Below, piece after piece: positions 1 to 8,128 of a stretch of DNA of 31,369 nt (position 1 is its first letter; each line of letters begins with the position of its first letter). The stretch is from a virus (taxonomy: Duplodnaviria > Caudoviricetes), in IMG/VR virus record IMGVR_UViG_3300048576_000594, positions 1 to 31,369 of that record. The stretch is one strand, 5' to 3'. A program made the translations under genes and the position numbers. The notes beneath the pieces were generated by a model that did not search any database, was not told the origin of the DNA, and worked only from the letters and a program-made list of their open reading frames with translations.

Positions 1-408
1 ATGAATGAATTTTCTAAAAAAACGGTTCTTGCGGCGAAGTTGGATTCGCAGACACAGGCAGACTTGCTTGCCGAACAGGCTCGCATAGTTGCGCGTCTTG
101 CCGAGATAACAGCAATATTGAGCAATGGAAATCTGCCAACTACTCATATTAAATGCGTCCCTACACAATCTTTCCCAAAAGATTTTGACCGCAAGGCTTA
201 TTGTATTGGTTTGATTTGGCGGAACCCTACAATTTCCGCTCGCGAATTGACAAGAAAAGCAGGCATTGCCAGAAGTACTCTCGATATGCCAGGCTGGTCT
301 GATGTAGTAAGTGTGCTAAAGGCCAGCCAAAAGGCTTCTTCAAAAGATTGTAAGGATTACAAAAGTTACACTGAGGACGTGGATGACGATCAGGAGGACA
401 ATCTATGA
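1..408 (+). CDS. Putative HTH DNA-binding protein
   Basis: 135-aa ORF with an HTH-like segment (NPTISARELTRKAGIARSTL) and an acidic C-terminus; followed by direct repeats. Confidence 0.55.
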   Translation: MNEFSKKTVLAAKLDSQTQADLLAEQARIVARLAEITAILSNGNLPTTHIKCVPTQSFPKDFDRKAYCIGLIWRNPTISARELTRKAGIARSTLDMPGWSDVVSVLKASQKASSKDCKDYKSYTEDVDDDQEDNL

Positions 409-495
409 ACAAGGCCACCTACAAGGCCACCATGTCTGAATTTTTCTGCGATTTTGAACTGAAATCAAGCATTTTTAAGAAAGCACAAGGCCTCC
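409..495 (+). repeat. Three 11-bp direct repeats ACAAGGCC(A/T)CC, candidate protein-binding sites
   Basis: ACAAGGCCACC at 409-419 and 421-431, ACAAGGCCTCC at 485-495, intergenic between two HTH-like genes. Confidence 0.7.
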
Positions 496-523
496 ACGCC
501 TATTTATAGAAAGGCACTCAATC

Positions 524-868
524 ATGAGTATCGATTTGAAAACTGAAAACTTAATAACGCTCAACCAGGCAGCGCAGCTTCTGCCGAGGGTCAATGAAAA
601 TCGAATCCATATATCTACGCTTTGGCGATGGTGCAAAAAGGGTCTAAAAGGAATAAATTTGGAATACCTCCGCAGCGGCTCAAGGATATTTACCAGCCAG
701 GAAGCAATGCAGAGATTCTTTGAGGAGCTAGTTAGGCTCGATGAGGCAAAGGCTCGGCGATCTTTTCATAAACCTGCGTATCTAAAAAACAAACCTCGCT
801 CGGAAAAATCACGTCAACGTCAAATCGAAAATGCCAACAATATTTTAGCTAAAGCAAAAATCATTTAA
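524..868 (+). CDS. DUF1580-like HTH / excisionase-like protein
   Basis: Motifs LITLNQAAQLLP, HISTLWRWCKKG and LEYLRSGSRIFTSQEAMQRF; SD-like AAAGG upstream. Confidence 0.75.
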   Translation: MSIDLKTENLITLNQAAQLLPRVNENRIHISTLWRWCKKGLKGINLEYLRSGSRIFTSQEAMQRFFEELVRLDEAKARRSFHKPAYLKNKPRSEKSRQRQIENANNILAKAKII

Positions 869-882
869 TAGGAGTTTTTTAA

Positions 883-1374
883 ATGGAAGAACAGACAAAA
901 GCAAAGAAATCGGAAAAAAGGCTTGCACAAGAAGCGGAAAAAATGCGAAAGGGCAGAATAATGCTTCGCAAAGTGGATTGTGTTCTTAAAAGCCAAGGTA
1001 TTGAAGCAGCATTAAAGGCGCTTATGAAGGCAAGACTTCAAATGCCAAACAATTCTATCGTTTGCGGCTGGTTTGAGGGTTATCGCGATATGCTCGATGC
1101 CTGGCAATATCGGATGATGCCGGATGTTGTAGCTGAATTTCAAAAATTCGGTTTTCGCCGGGCACGTACAATAGCAGCCAACTATGTCATCAGAAAAGTA
1201 AACAGCAATAAGCTTCATTTTTATAGTATGTGCTTGCAAACATTAGATGAGATGTCGGAGCGAAGCAGACTTGCTATAAGCGATCAGGAAAGCGAGCTGC
1301 CCGAAACACCGCCAACCGAAGTCTCACTTGACGAAATAAACCAACAAGAAATCGAATCTGGAAAAAAACTTTAA
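883..1374 (+). CDS. Hypothetical early protein
   Basis: 163-aa ORF, AGGAG SD upstream, co-oriented in the operon; no motif recognised. Confidence 0.6.
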   Translation: MEEQTKAKKSEKRLAQEAEKMRKGRIMLRKVDCVLKSQGIEAALKALMKARLQMPNNSIVCGWFEGYRDMLDAWQYRMMPDVVAEFQKFGFRRARTIAANYVIRKVNSNKLHFYSMCLQTLDEMSERSRLAISDQESELPETPPTEVSLDEINQQEIESGKKL

Positions 1375-1393
1375 TTTATCGAAAGGAAAAAAC

Positions 1394-2188
1394 ATGTCAG
1401 TGTTAGAACAAATCAGAACAGGCAAGCAATCATCGCCGCCGCGAATTTTACGTTACGGCACAGAAGGAATTGGCAAATCAACATTTGCAGCGCAGGCACC
1501 GAATCCAATCTTCATACCAACCGAAGATGGATTAAACGAAATAAACTGTGCAAGTTTCCCCATGGCTAAAAAATATAGCGATGTGGAAAGTTATCTATCA
1601 GCTCTTGCGATAGAACAACATGAGTACCAGACAATAATTATTGATTCATGTGATTGGCTCGAACAGCTTATCTGGGATGAATTGTGCCGCCTGTCTGGGG
1701 CAAGCAGTATTGAACGAGTTGATGGTGGATACTCCCGCGGTTACACAGCAGCGGTAGGTTTTTGGAGACAGATTGTTGATGCACTTGATGCCTTGAGAAC
1801 TGAGAGGCATATGGCAACAATTTTAATCGCACATGCAAAAGTCGAACGCTTCGAAGATCCAGAATCCAATGCCTACGATAGATACACACCACGCACGCAT
1901 AAACATGCTACAGCTTTACTTACGGAATGGTCGGATGCAGTTTTATTTGCAACACGCAAATTCAGAACTGAATCTGAAAATATGGGCTTTGGAAAAGAGC
2001 GTACAATCGCTGTTGGCCTTGGTAAAGATGGCGGCGAGCGTGTTATTCGCACTGTTGGCGGGCCATCGTGTATTGCCAAGAACCGCTACAATCTTCCATA
2101 TGAAATTCCTCTTTCGTGGGATGCGTTTGTAAACGCACTCAATAACAACAATCAACCTCAAACTATAGGAGACGTAAACAATGGCTAA
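1394..2188 (+). CDS. Phage AAA_24 / Sak4-like ATPase (recombinase)
   Basis: Walker A YGTEGIGKST, Walker B IIIDSCDWLE, ILIAH, and C-terminal AKNRYNLP; adjacent to an SSB-like gene. Confidence 0.85.
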   Translation: MSVLEQIRTGKQSSPPRILRYGTEGIGKSTFAAQAPNPIFIPTEDGLNEINCASFPMAKKYSDVESYLSALAIEQHEYQTIIIDSCDWLEQLIWDELCRLSGASSIERVDGGYSRGYTAAVGFWRQIVDALDALRTERHMATILIAHAKVERFEDPESNAYDRYTPRTHKHATALLTEWSDAVLFATRKFRTESENMGFGKERTIAVGLGKDGGERVIRTVGGPSCIAKNRYNLPYEIPLSWDAFVNALNNNNQPQTIGDVNNG

Positions 2189-2633
2189 TCTTAATGGCTT
2201 TAACGCAAACAATGTAGAACCGGCAGATAATTTTGAACCCATACCAGCAGGCAAATATATTGCTGTGATTTCTGATTCACAAATGAAGCCTACCAAAAAC
2301 GGAGATGGCAGCCTTCTCGAACTTAAATTCGAAATTATTGAAGGCGAATATAAGGGTAGATTTATTTGGTCCCGGCTTTGTCTGGAAAATAAAAATGAAC
2401 AAACAGTAAAAATCGCCAAAAGTCAGTTGGCTGATATTTGCAGATCAGTTGGTATTTTAACCCCTCGCGATAGCTGCGAACTGCACAATTTACCAATACA
2501 AATTAAAGTCGCAGTAAAAAAACGCAGCGATAATGGTGAGGCTACAAACGAAGTAAAGGCTTATCAAAAGCGTGAAACCGCTGTAACGCAAAATTCTGCA
2601 GCTGCAAAAGGAGTCGCTCCCTGGAAACGCTGA
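2181..2633 (+). CDS. DUF669-family single-stranded DNA-binding protein
   Basis: FEPIPAGKY, EIIEGEYKGR and C-terminal APWKR; SD AGGAG. Confidence 0.85.
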   Translation: MANLNGFNANNVEPADNFEPIPAGKYIAVISDSQMKPTKNGDGSLLELKFEIIEGEYKGRFIWSRLCLENKNEQTVKIAKSQLADICRSVGILTPRDSCELHNLPIQIKVAVKKRSDNGEATNEVKAYQKRETAVTQNSAAAKGVAPWKR

Positions 2634-3007
2634 TAATAGAGCTGCCATATCCGCCAAGTATCAATCATTATTTCAAACGGCGGGGGAACAGGACGTTCAT
2701 AGGGGCTGAGGGCATGATATTTCGCAATCGTGTCTGCAAAACCCTTATGGCAGCTAATGTAAAGCCGATGGCGGGTATGCTTGCAATGAAGGTAAGAGCA
2801 TACCCGCCGGACAGGCGGAAGCGTGATATAGACAATATTCAAAAGCCGCTTCTGGATGCATTGGAAAAAGGCAGGGCCTTTTATAACGATTGCCAGATTA
2901 AACATCTGACTACCGTTATGAAAGAACCGATCAAGGGTGGCAAAACAATAGTAACTATAAGGAAAATGAATGATAGAACTTCGGCCATATCAAAAACAAG
3001 CTGTTAA
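2621..3007 (+). CDS. rusA: RusA-family Holliday junction resolvase, probable CTG start
   Basis: N-terminal ELPYPPSINHY lies upstream of the ORF-track start (2714); catalytic PPDRRKRDIDNIQKPLLDAL...NDCQI; SD AAGGAG at 2608-2613, 7 nt before in-frame CTG 2621. Confidence 0.85.
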   Translation: METLIIELPYPPSINHYFKRRGNRTFIGAEGMIFRNRVCKTLMAANVKPMAGMLAMKVRAYPPDRRKRDIDNIQKPLLDALEKGRAFYNDCQIKHLTTVMKEPIKGGKTIVTIRKMNDRTSAISKTSC

Positions 3008-5414
3008 CGCTTGTTACGACTATATGCGAAAAAGTACAGGCAATGGCTGTCTCGTGCTGCCAACAGGATCAGGAAAATCGGTAATTTTGGCACAAATCTG
3101 TCATGATGCAGTTTCATTATGGAATGGAAGAGTCCTGGTTCTTGCACATGTGCAGGAATTAATTGAACAGAATGCGGCAAAAATAAAACATTTTCTTGGT
3201 GATAATTTTGTGGGCATATATTCTGCCGGCCTTAAACGAAAAGATATGCACCAACCCGTAATAGCGGCATCGATTCAATCCATTTATAAAAAAGCATTTG
3301 AGTTTGAGCCGTTCGATTTAATCATAATTGACGAGGCTCATCTGTTGGCACCAAAAGATGATGGAATGTATCTGTCCTTCCTGCGCGATGCAAAAATTGT
3401 AAATCCAAATATTCGACTTATTGCTACGACAGCCACGCCTTTCAGAACCAGTACAGGTATGATATGCGGGCCGGATAATATCTTAAACTCAATCTGTTTT
3501 GAGGTAGGGATAAAAGAATTAATCAGAGATGGTTTTTTATGCCCATTGCGCAGCAAAGCATCAAAAACACGCATTGATACAAGCGGTCTCCATATTCGCG
3601 GCGGTGAATTTATCGCCAATGAGCTTGAAGATTTGATGGATACTGACGCTCGCGTTAAGGCTGCATGTGCTGAAATTCTCGAATATACGCAGGATAGACA
3701 CGCGGTTCTTATTTTTGCCGCTGGTGTTGATCACGGCAAGCACATTCAGCGGATTTTCCAGGAAAATCACAATATCGAATGCGGATTTGTCAGCGGCGAT
3801 AGTCCCGATGGCTGGCGAAAGAAGATGATTGATGATTTTCGCAGTGGAAAACTCAAATATCTATGCAATGTAAATGTTTTAACGACAGGTTTTGATGCAC
3901 CTAATATCGACTGTATAGCAATGTTACGCCCGACAATGTCGCCGGGGCTTTATATTCAAATGGTAGGAAGGGGTTTTAGATTACATCCAAGTAAAACAAA
4001 CTGCATTGCAGAGGGACAACGAATTTTAACAGACCAAGGTCTAATTCCAATTGAGCGAGTCACTACTGCAATGCGTGTATGGGACGGTTTCAATTTCGTT
4101 AATCACAATGGTGTTATTTGTAAAGGAGAACAAGATGTTATTAACTATGCCGGCATCGTTGCAACCCCCGACCATCAGGTGTGGACAAAAGAAGGTTGGA
4201 AGACCCTCAGGGAGTGTTCCATCAAACAAACTCCCATCATTGTTACCGGAATTGGTAGAAAAGTCATTCGGGAAACTGATGGTTATTTCCGAACAAGTGA
4301 TTCGCAAGGGAAATCGTGGAAGACCTTATCTGCTTGTGAAATGCAAAACGTGTGGCCAGCAGTCCCTGAAAGACTATACCAGTATAATCCGCCAAAAAGC
4401 AGGCTGTCGAACATGCGGACAGCCACGACGTGCTCTGCAATGGCTTGTGCAGCGAGCATCGAACGCGAAGGATCGCTGTACGAATCCCCGCAATCGAAGA
4501 TACCACGACTATGGTGGCCGGGGAATAGGGTTTCACTTCGAAACACCGACAACAATGGCAATATGGATTCAGGAAAATCTCGGCATTCACCGAAATATGC
4601 AAATCGACAGAATAGACAACAACGGTCATTACGCACCTGGAAATTTGCGTTATCTTACTGCGAGGGAGAATATGCGAAACAGGCGTACTGTAGGCGTGTG
4701 CGTGTCTGGGACATCGTAAATGCTGGCCCAAGGCATCAATTTACCTGCGAAGGGCTTTTGGTCTCAAACTGTACCGTTCTTGATTTTGGTGGAAATATTC
4801 TTCGTCATGGTCCCGTCGATTGCCTTCGGGTCACAGATGCAGTTGTCAAGGGAAACGGAGATGCACCAGCAAAGGAATGTCCCCAATGTAATGAAATCAT
4901 TCACGCTGCCTACGCAAGATGTCCTGCTTGTGGATACGAGTTCCCACCGCCGGAAAAGACCAAGCACGAAACCTCTGCCAGTACCGAAGGGATTCTGTCC
5001 GACCAGGCAAGTGTTAATGAATACGAGGTGCAGGAAGTTCTGTACAACGTTCACACCAAGAAAAGTGCTAAAACCGAATCACCTCGAACCATGCGAGTGC
5101 AATATAAAATAGGTTTTGCCTCTTATATTTCTGAATGGATATGTTTTGAACATACTGGTTTTGCACGCCATAAGGCGGAAATCTGGTGGAGCCAAAGGTC
5201 TAGTGATCCTATCCCTGACCAATCTGATATGGCAGTGTTTTTCGCAGAAAATGGAAGATTAAAAGAACCTGTAAAAATAACAGTAAAACATATCTCTGGT
5301 CAGAAGTTCGACAGAATAGTCAGTTATCAATTTGAAAATCCTGAAGAATCGGATTGGCAGATCAACAAAGTTGTACCTGACTATGTCCAGGCGGACGATT
5401 CAATACCTTTTTGA
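2970..5414 (+). CDS. SF2 DEAD/DEAH-box helicase (RadD/YejH-like, C-terminal zinc ribbon) containing an intein
   Basis: LRPYQ, PTGSGKS, IIIDEAH, TATPFR, VLTTGFDAP, QMVGRGFR; CPQC...CPAC zinc ribbon; DDSIPF tail. Confidence 0.92.
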   Translation: MIELRPYQKQAVNACYDYMRKSTGNGCLVLPTGSGKSVILAQICHDAVSLWNGRVLVLAHVQELIEQNAAKIKHFLGDNFVGIYSAGLKRKDMHQPVIAASIQSIYKKAFEFEPFDLIIIDEAHLLAPKDDGMYLSFLRDAKIVNPNIRLIATTATPFRTSTGMICGPDNILNSICFEVGIKELIRDGFLCPLRSKASKTRIDTSGLHIRGGEFIANELEDLMDTDARVKAACAEILEYTQDRHAVLIFAAGVDHGKHIQRIFQENHNIECGFVSGDSPDGWRKKMIDDFRSGKLKYLCNVNVLTTGFDAPNIDCIAMLRPTMSPGLYIQMVGRGFRLHPSKTNCIAEGQRILTDQGLIPIERVTTAMRVWDGFNFVNHNGVICKGEQDVINYAGIVATPDHQVWTKEGWKTLRECSIKQTPIIVTGIGRKVIRETDGYFRTSDSQGKSWKTLSACEMQNVWPAVPERLYQYNPPKSRLSNMRTATTCSAMACAASIEREGSLYESPQSKIPRLWWPGNRVSLRNTDNNGNMDSGKSRHSPKYANRQNRQQRSLRTWKFALSYCEGEYAKQAYCRRVRVWDIVNAGPRHQFTCEGLLVSNCTVLDFGGNILRHGPVDCLRVTDAVVKGNGDAPAKECPQCNEIIHAAYARCPACGYEFPPPEKTKHETSASTEGILSDQASVNEYEVQEVLYNVHTKKSAKTESPRTMRVQYKIGFASYISEWICFEHTGFARHKAEIWWSQRSSDPIPDQSDMAVFFAENGRLKEPVKITVKHISGQKFDRIVSYQFENPEESDWQINKVVPDYVQADDSIPF
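4002..4769 (+). mobile_element. Intein (256 aa) inserted just after helicase motif VI
   Basis: Block A CIAEGQRILT, block B ATPDHQVWT, blocks F/G VWDIVNAGPRHQFTCEGLLVSN, +1 Cys. Removal restores GRGFRLHPSKTN-CTVLDFGGN. Confidence 0.92.
4135..4719 (+). CDS. HNH-type endonuclease (194 aa) nested in the +1 frame of the intein
   Basis: SD AAGGAG 4123-4128 and ATG 4135. Motifs FGKLMVI, CKTC, CRTC, RCTNPRNRRYHDYGGRGI and IDRIDNNGHYAPGNLRYLTARENMRNRR. Confidence 0.85.
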   Translation: MLLTMPASLQPPTIRCGQKKVGRPSGSVPSNKLPSLLPELVEKSFGKLMVISEQVIRKGNRGRPYLLVKCKTCGQQSLKDYTSIIRQKAGCRTCGQPRRALQWLVQRASNAKDRCTNPRNRRYHDYGGRGIGFHFETPTTMAIWIQENLGIHRNMQIDRIDNNGHYAPGNLRYLTARENMRNRRTVGVCVSGTS

Positions 5415-5426
5415 TGAAAGCGCATA

Positions 5427-7655
5427 ATGCCGAATATAAAAGAAATATCTTTTTCATATTTAAAAGCTGGCCTCTCAGTACTGCCGGCAAATGTGCAATT
5501 GAAATTTGCCGCACTGTCAGGCTGGAAACAATATCAGCAACGTTTGCCTTACGATTCTGAATTAGCATCTTGGTTCAGTAACGGAAATAACGGTGTATGT
5601 ATAGTAACTGGTAAAGTCTCCGGCAATCTTGAAATGATAGATTTTGATATTGCAGCTGAAATGTTCGAACCGTGGCAGGCAATTGTTAAAAAAGAATTGC
5701 CCGCTTTACTGCCTAAACTTGTTATCGAGAAATCTCAATCAGGCGGTCGCCACGTTATTTACCGCTGCGAGGATGAGATTTGTAAAAGCCTTAAACTTGC
5801 AAAACGTAAAATTACAGTAGACAGCAATGATGAAGTAACTTTTTGTGGCAAGAAATTCAAGCCAATTCAGGATAAGGATGGAAGCTGGTATATTCTGCCA
5901 ACGTATATTGAAACTCGCGGTGAAGGTGGATTATTTCTATGTGCTCCAACTCCTGGTTATGAACTGATTAAAAATGATTTTACTGAAATTCCTGTAATAT
6001 CCGCAGAAGACCGCGACATACTACTTTCAGCGGCACTATCTTTAAATGAATATGTTCCAGAGCCGATACAGCCACCTCAAACAACAACATCTCCCTCAGG
6101 TAATCTACGTCCCGGTGATGATTACAATACCAACGGAGATATAAGGGAAGTTTTACTTCAACATGGCTGGCAATGTTATCAAGGCGGTGAAAACGAGCAT
6201 TGGTGCAGGCCGGGTAAAACAAGCGGAACTTCTGCAACACTTAAAAACAGAGTGTTTTATGTATTCAGTACTAATGCCCATCCGTTTGAAAGTGAAAAAG
6301 CATATTCACCATTTAGCGTTTACACACTCTTAGAACATAACGGAGATTTTGCTCAAGCGGCTCGAGCACTGGCACAGCAAGGCTATGGTCAAAGACAGCA
6401 GGATAGCAGCGATGTGGATATATCGGGGATTGTCGGCAAAGATTTGGCTAGTGAATCCAGCGAATGGCAGGATGATGCGGTTTCACTCAGCAATTTAATA
6501 ACCGATTTTTCCGGATTAAATCCGCCAATTATTCATGGTTTATTGCGTGAAGGTGAAACGATGAATATTATCGCTGCACCCAAAGTAGGCAAATCCTGGC
6601 TGGTCAATTCTCTGTCCATTGCGATTGCCACAGGTCTGGACTGGCTTGGATTCAAGGTCGAGCAAGGGTCTGTTCTGGTTATCGATAATGAGCTGCATGT
6701 AAATACCCTCACCTATCGGTATATGGAACTTGCCAAAGCAATGAAATTGAATCCTAAATTATTCAGTCAGCAGGTGAAAATTAAATCTCTTCGCGGTCAA
6801 TTGAAAGATTTGATGGCGCTGAGTGAATATTTTCAGCGGCTTAAGCCCAATGCCTACAAAGTTATTATTCTCGACGCCTTTTACCGTACATTGCCTGACA
6901 AGACCGACGAAAACGACAATGGCGCGATTGCCCGGTTATACAATAGCTTGGATTGTCACGCGATGCGTTTGAATTGTGCATTTGTTCTTATTCACCATAC
7001 CAGTAAGGGCAATCAGTCTCAAAAATCAATTACTGATGTCGGCGCTGGTGCCGGCAGCCAATCTCGTGCTGTCGATACTCACGTCATCCTGCGTCCGCAT
7101 GAAGATGAGGACAAAATTGTCATGGATGCGGTTGTGCGATCGTGGGCACCGCTTGAGTCATTGGTTTTACGGAAACAGCATCCGCTATTTGAAGTGGATA
7201 CAACCGCTGACCCAACCGCGCTTCTTGGCGCAGAGAAGAAACGTGAACCTAAAAAAGAAGTGCTACTCAATGAATTTGTTGACACCTGCATTGGCAGTCA
7301 AGACCCGTGCTTGATGAGCGATATTGTGCGGCTGGCCAGCAAGCATTATGACCTCTCTGAACGCAAGACCAAAACGATGGTGGACTCGGCGATCGATGAA
7401 AATCTTGCTGTAAAAATCCACACCGGTAGCAGGATTCAGTACACGAAATTTCGTGAAGGTTTTAGTGGTGAAAAAGGTCAATGGGTTGCCGCTTTACTAT
7501 CGCGAAATCCTGACGCAGATATTGCAAATATCGCTCATTTAACCGGCGCTTCCCAGCGTTATATACGCATGGTCAAAAACGGAAATGACGCGGAAATGGC
7601 CGGAAATGATTTCCGCGACAGTTCCACCTTAACTCCTGATGAGGACACAAGTTAA
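5427..7655 (+). CDS. Bifunctional primase-polymerase fused to a RepA/AAA_25-type helicase
   Basis: GLSVLPA, WKQYQ, GNLEMIDFD, SQSGGRHVIYR, IETRGEGG; Walker A AAPKVGKS, IILDAFYR, VLIHHTSKG. Confidence 0.88.
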   Translation: MPNIKEISFSYLKAGLSVLPANVQLKFAALSGWKQYQQRLPYDSELASWFSNGNNGVCIVTGKVSGNLEMIDFDIAAEMFEPWQAIVKKELPALLPKLVIEKSQSGGRHVIYRCEDEICKSLKLAKRKITVDSNDEVTFCGKKFKPIQDKDGSWYILPTYIETRGEGGLFLCAPTPGYELIKNDFTEIPVISAEDRDILLSAALSLNEYVPEPIQPPQTTTSPSGNLRPGDDYNTNGDIREVLLQHGWQCYQGGENEHWCRPGKTSGTSATLKNRVFYVFSTNAHPFESEKAYSPFSVYTLLEHNGDFAQAARALAQQGYGQRQQDSSDVDISGIVGKDLASESSEWQDDAVSLSNLITDFSGLNPPIIHGLLREGETMNIIAAPKVGKSWLVNSLSIAIATGLDWLGFKVEQGSVLVIDNELHVNTLTYRYMELAKAMKLNPKLFSQQVKIKSLRGQLKDLMALSEYFQRLKPNAYKVIILDAFYRTLPDKTDENDNGAIARLYNSLDCHAMRLNCAFVLIHHTSKGNQSQKSITDVGAGAGSQSRAVDTHVILRPHEDEDKIVMDAVVRSWAPLESLVLRKQHPLFEVDTTADPTALLGAEKKREPKKEVLLNEFVDTCIGSQDPCLMSDIVRLASKHYDLSERKTKTMVDSAIDENLAVKIHTGSRIQYTKFREGFSGEKGQWVAALLSRNPDADIANIAHLTGASQRYIRMVKNGNDAEMAGNDFRDSSTLTPDEDTS

Positions 7656-7860
7656 GTATATGCCGCAGACGCGGAAACAGACACGTCGGAATCGGCGTCT
7701 GATTTCCGCGACATGAAAAACGATAAGCTCTTTTAAAACAATGAATTATGAAAAATATTTTTGGAAATATAGGTGGAAATTGCGCAGTACCCCCCTAAAG
7801 GGGGGAATGATGTGTGTCTGAAACACACACATTTCCCCCGAAAGTTTAGGGTTCCGCGAG
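7580..7860. repeat. Iteron-like repeats and palindromes, candidate replication origin
   Basis: Repeated CGGAAA(TG) and TGATTTCCGCGAC units at the end of the primase gene; palindrome CCCCCT-AA-AGGGGG; inverted repeat GGGGGAA..ATGTGTGT / ACACACAT-TTCCCCC (7801-7839). Confidence 0.5.
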
Positions 7861-7925
7861 CAAAAAAACATACCGGCAAAGTGCCGGAGAAAAAAACAAA
7901 TTTTTTACAGAAAGGACACAAACAA

Positions 7926-8128
7926 ATGACTACTGAAAGAAAACATTTTTATGCTCACTACTGTCTGGATTGCCAGATGATGTATTTCGGTACAGAGAGC
8001 TGAATGTAGTCAAACCTTGTGTTCGTTGCAGCAGCAAAAATGTTCTCAATGGCCCGCTTATGAATTCAAAAGATAAATCGGCAAACGTTGCCGAAAATAA
8101 TAACCAACTTTTTTTAGGAGTAAGAAAA
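7926..8128 (+). pseudogene. Small zinc-ribbon gene split by a frameshift (CLDC in one frame, CVRC in the next)
   Basis: SD AAAGGA and ATG 7926; MTTERKHFYAHYCLDC...TES stops at 8003; LNVVKPCVRCSSKNV continues in the -1 frame across AGAGAG (7994-7999). The end coordinate is approximate. Confidence 0.5.

Noticed and set aside
4051-4134. Longer TTG start for the nested HNH ORF
   Set aside because: No SD; ATG 4135 has AAGGAG at good spacing.
4041-4731. Minus-strand ORFs over the intein (4041-4307, 4264-4731, 4283-4636)
   Set aside because: No motifs or SD; most simply shadows of a region already constrained in two plus frames.
4720-5112. 130-aa ORF directly after the HNH stop in the same +1 frame (TAA ATG)
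   Set aside because: No recognisable motif or SD and it overlaps conserved helicase sequence; probably a shadow, although re-initiation cannot be excluded.
7970-8128. N-terminal extension of the 263-aa ORF
   Set aside because: SD and signal peptide indicate a start at 8129; the extension belongs to the frameshifted zinc-ribbon gene.
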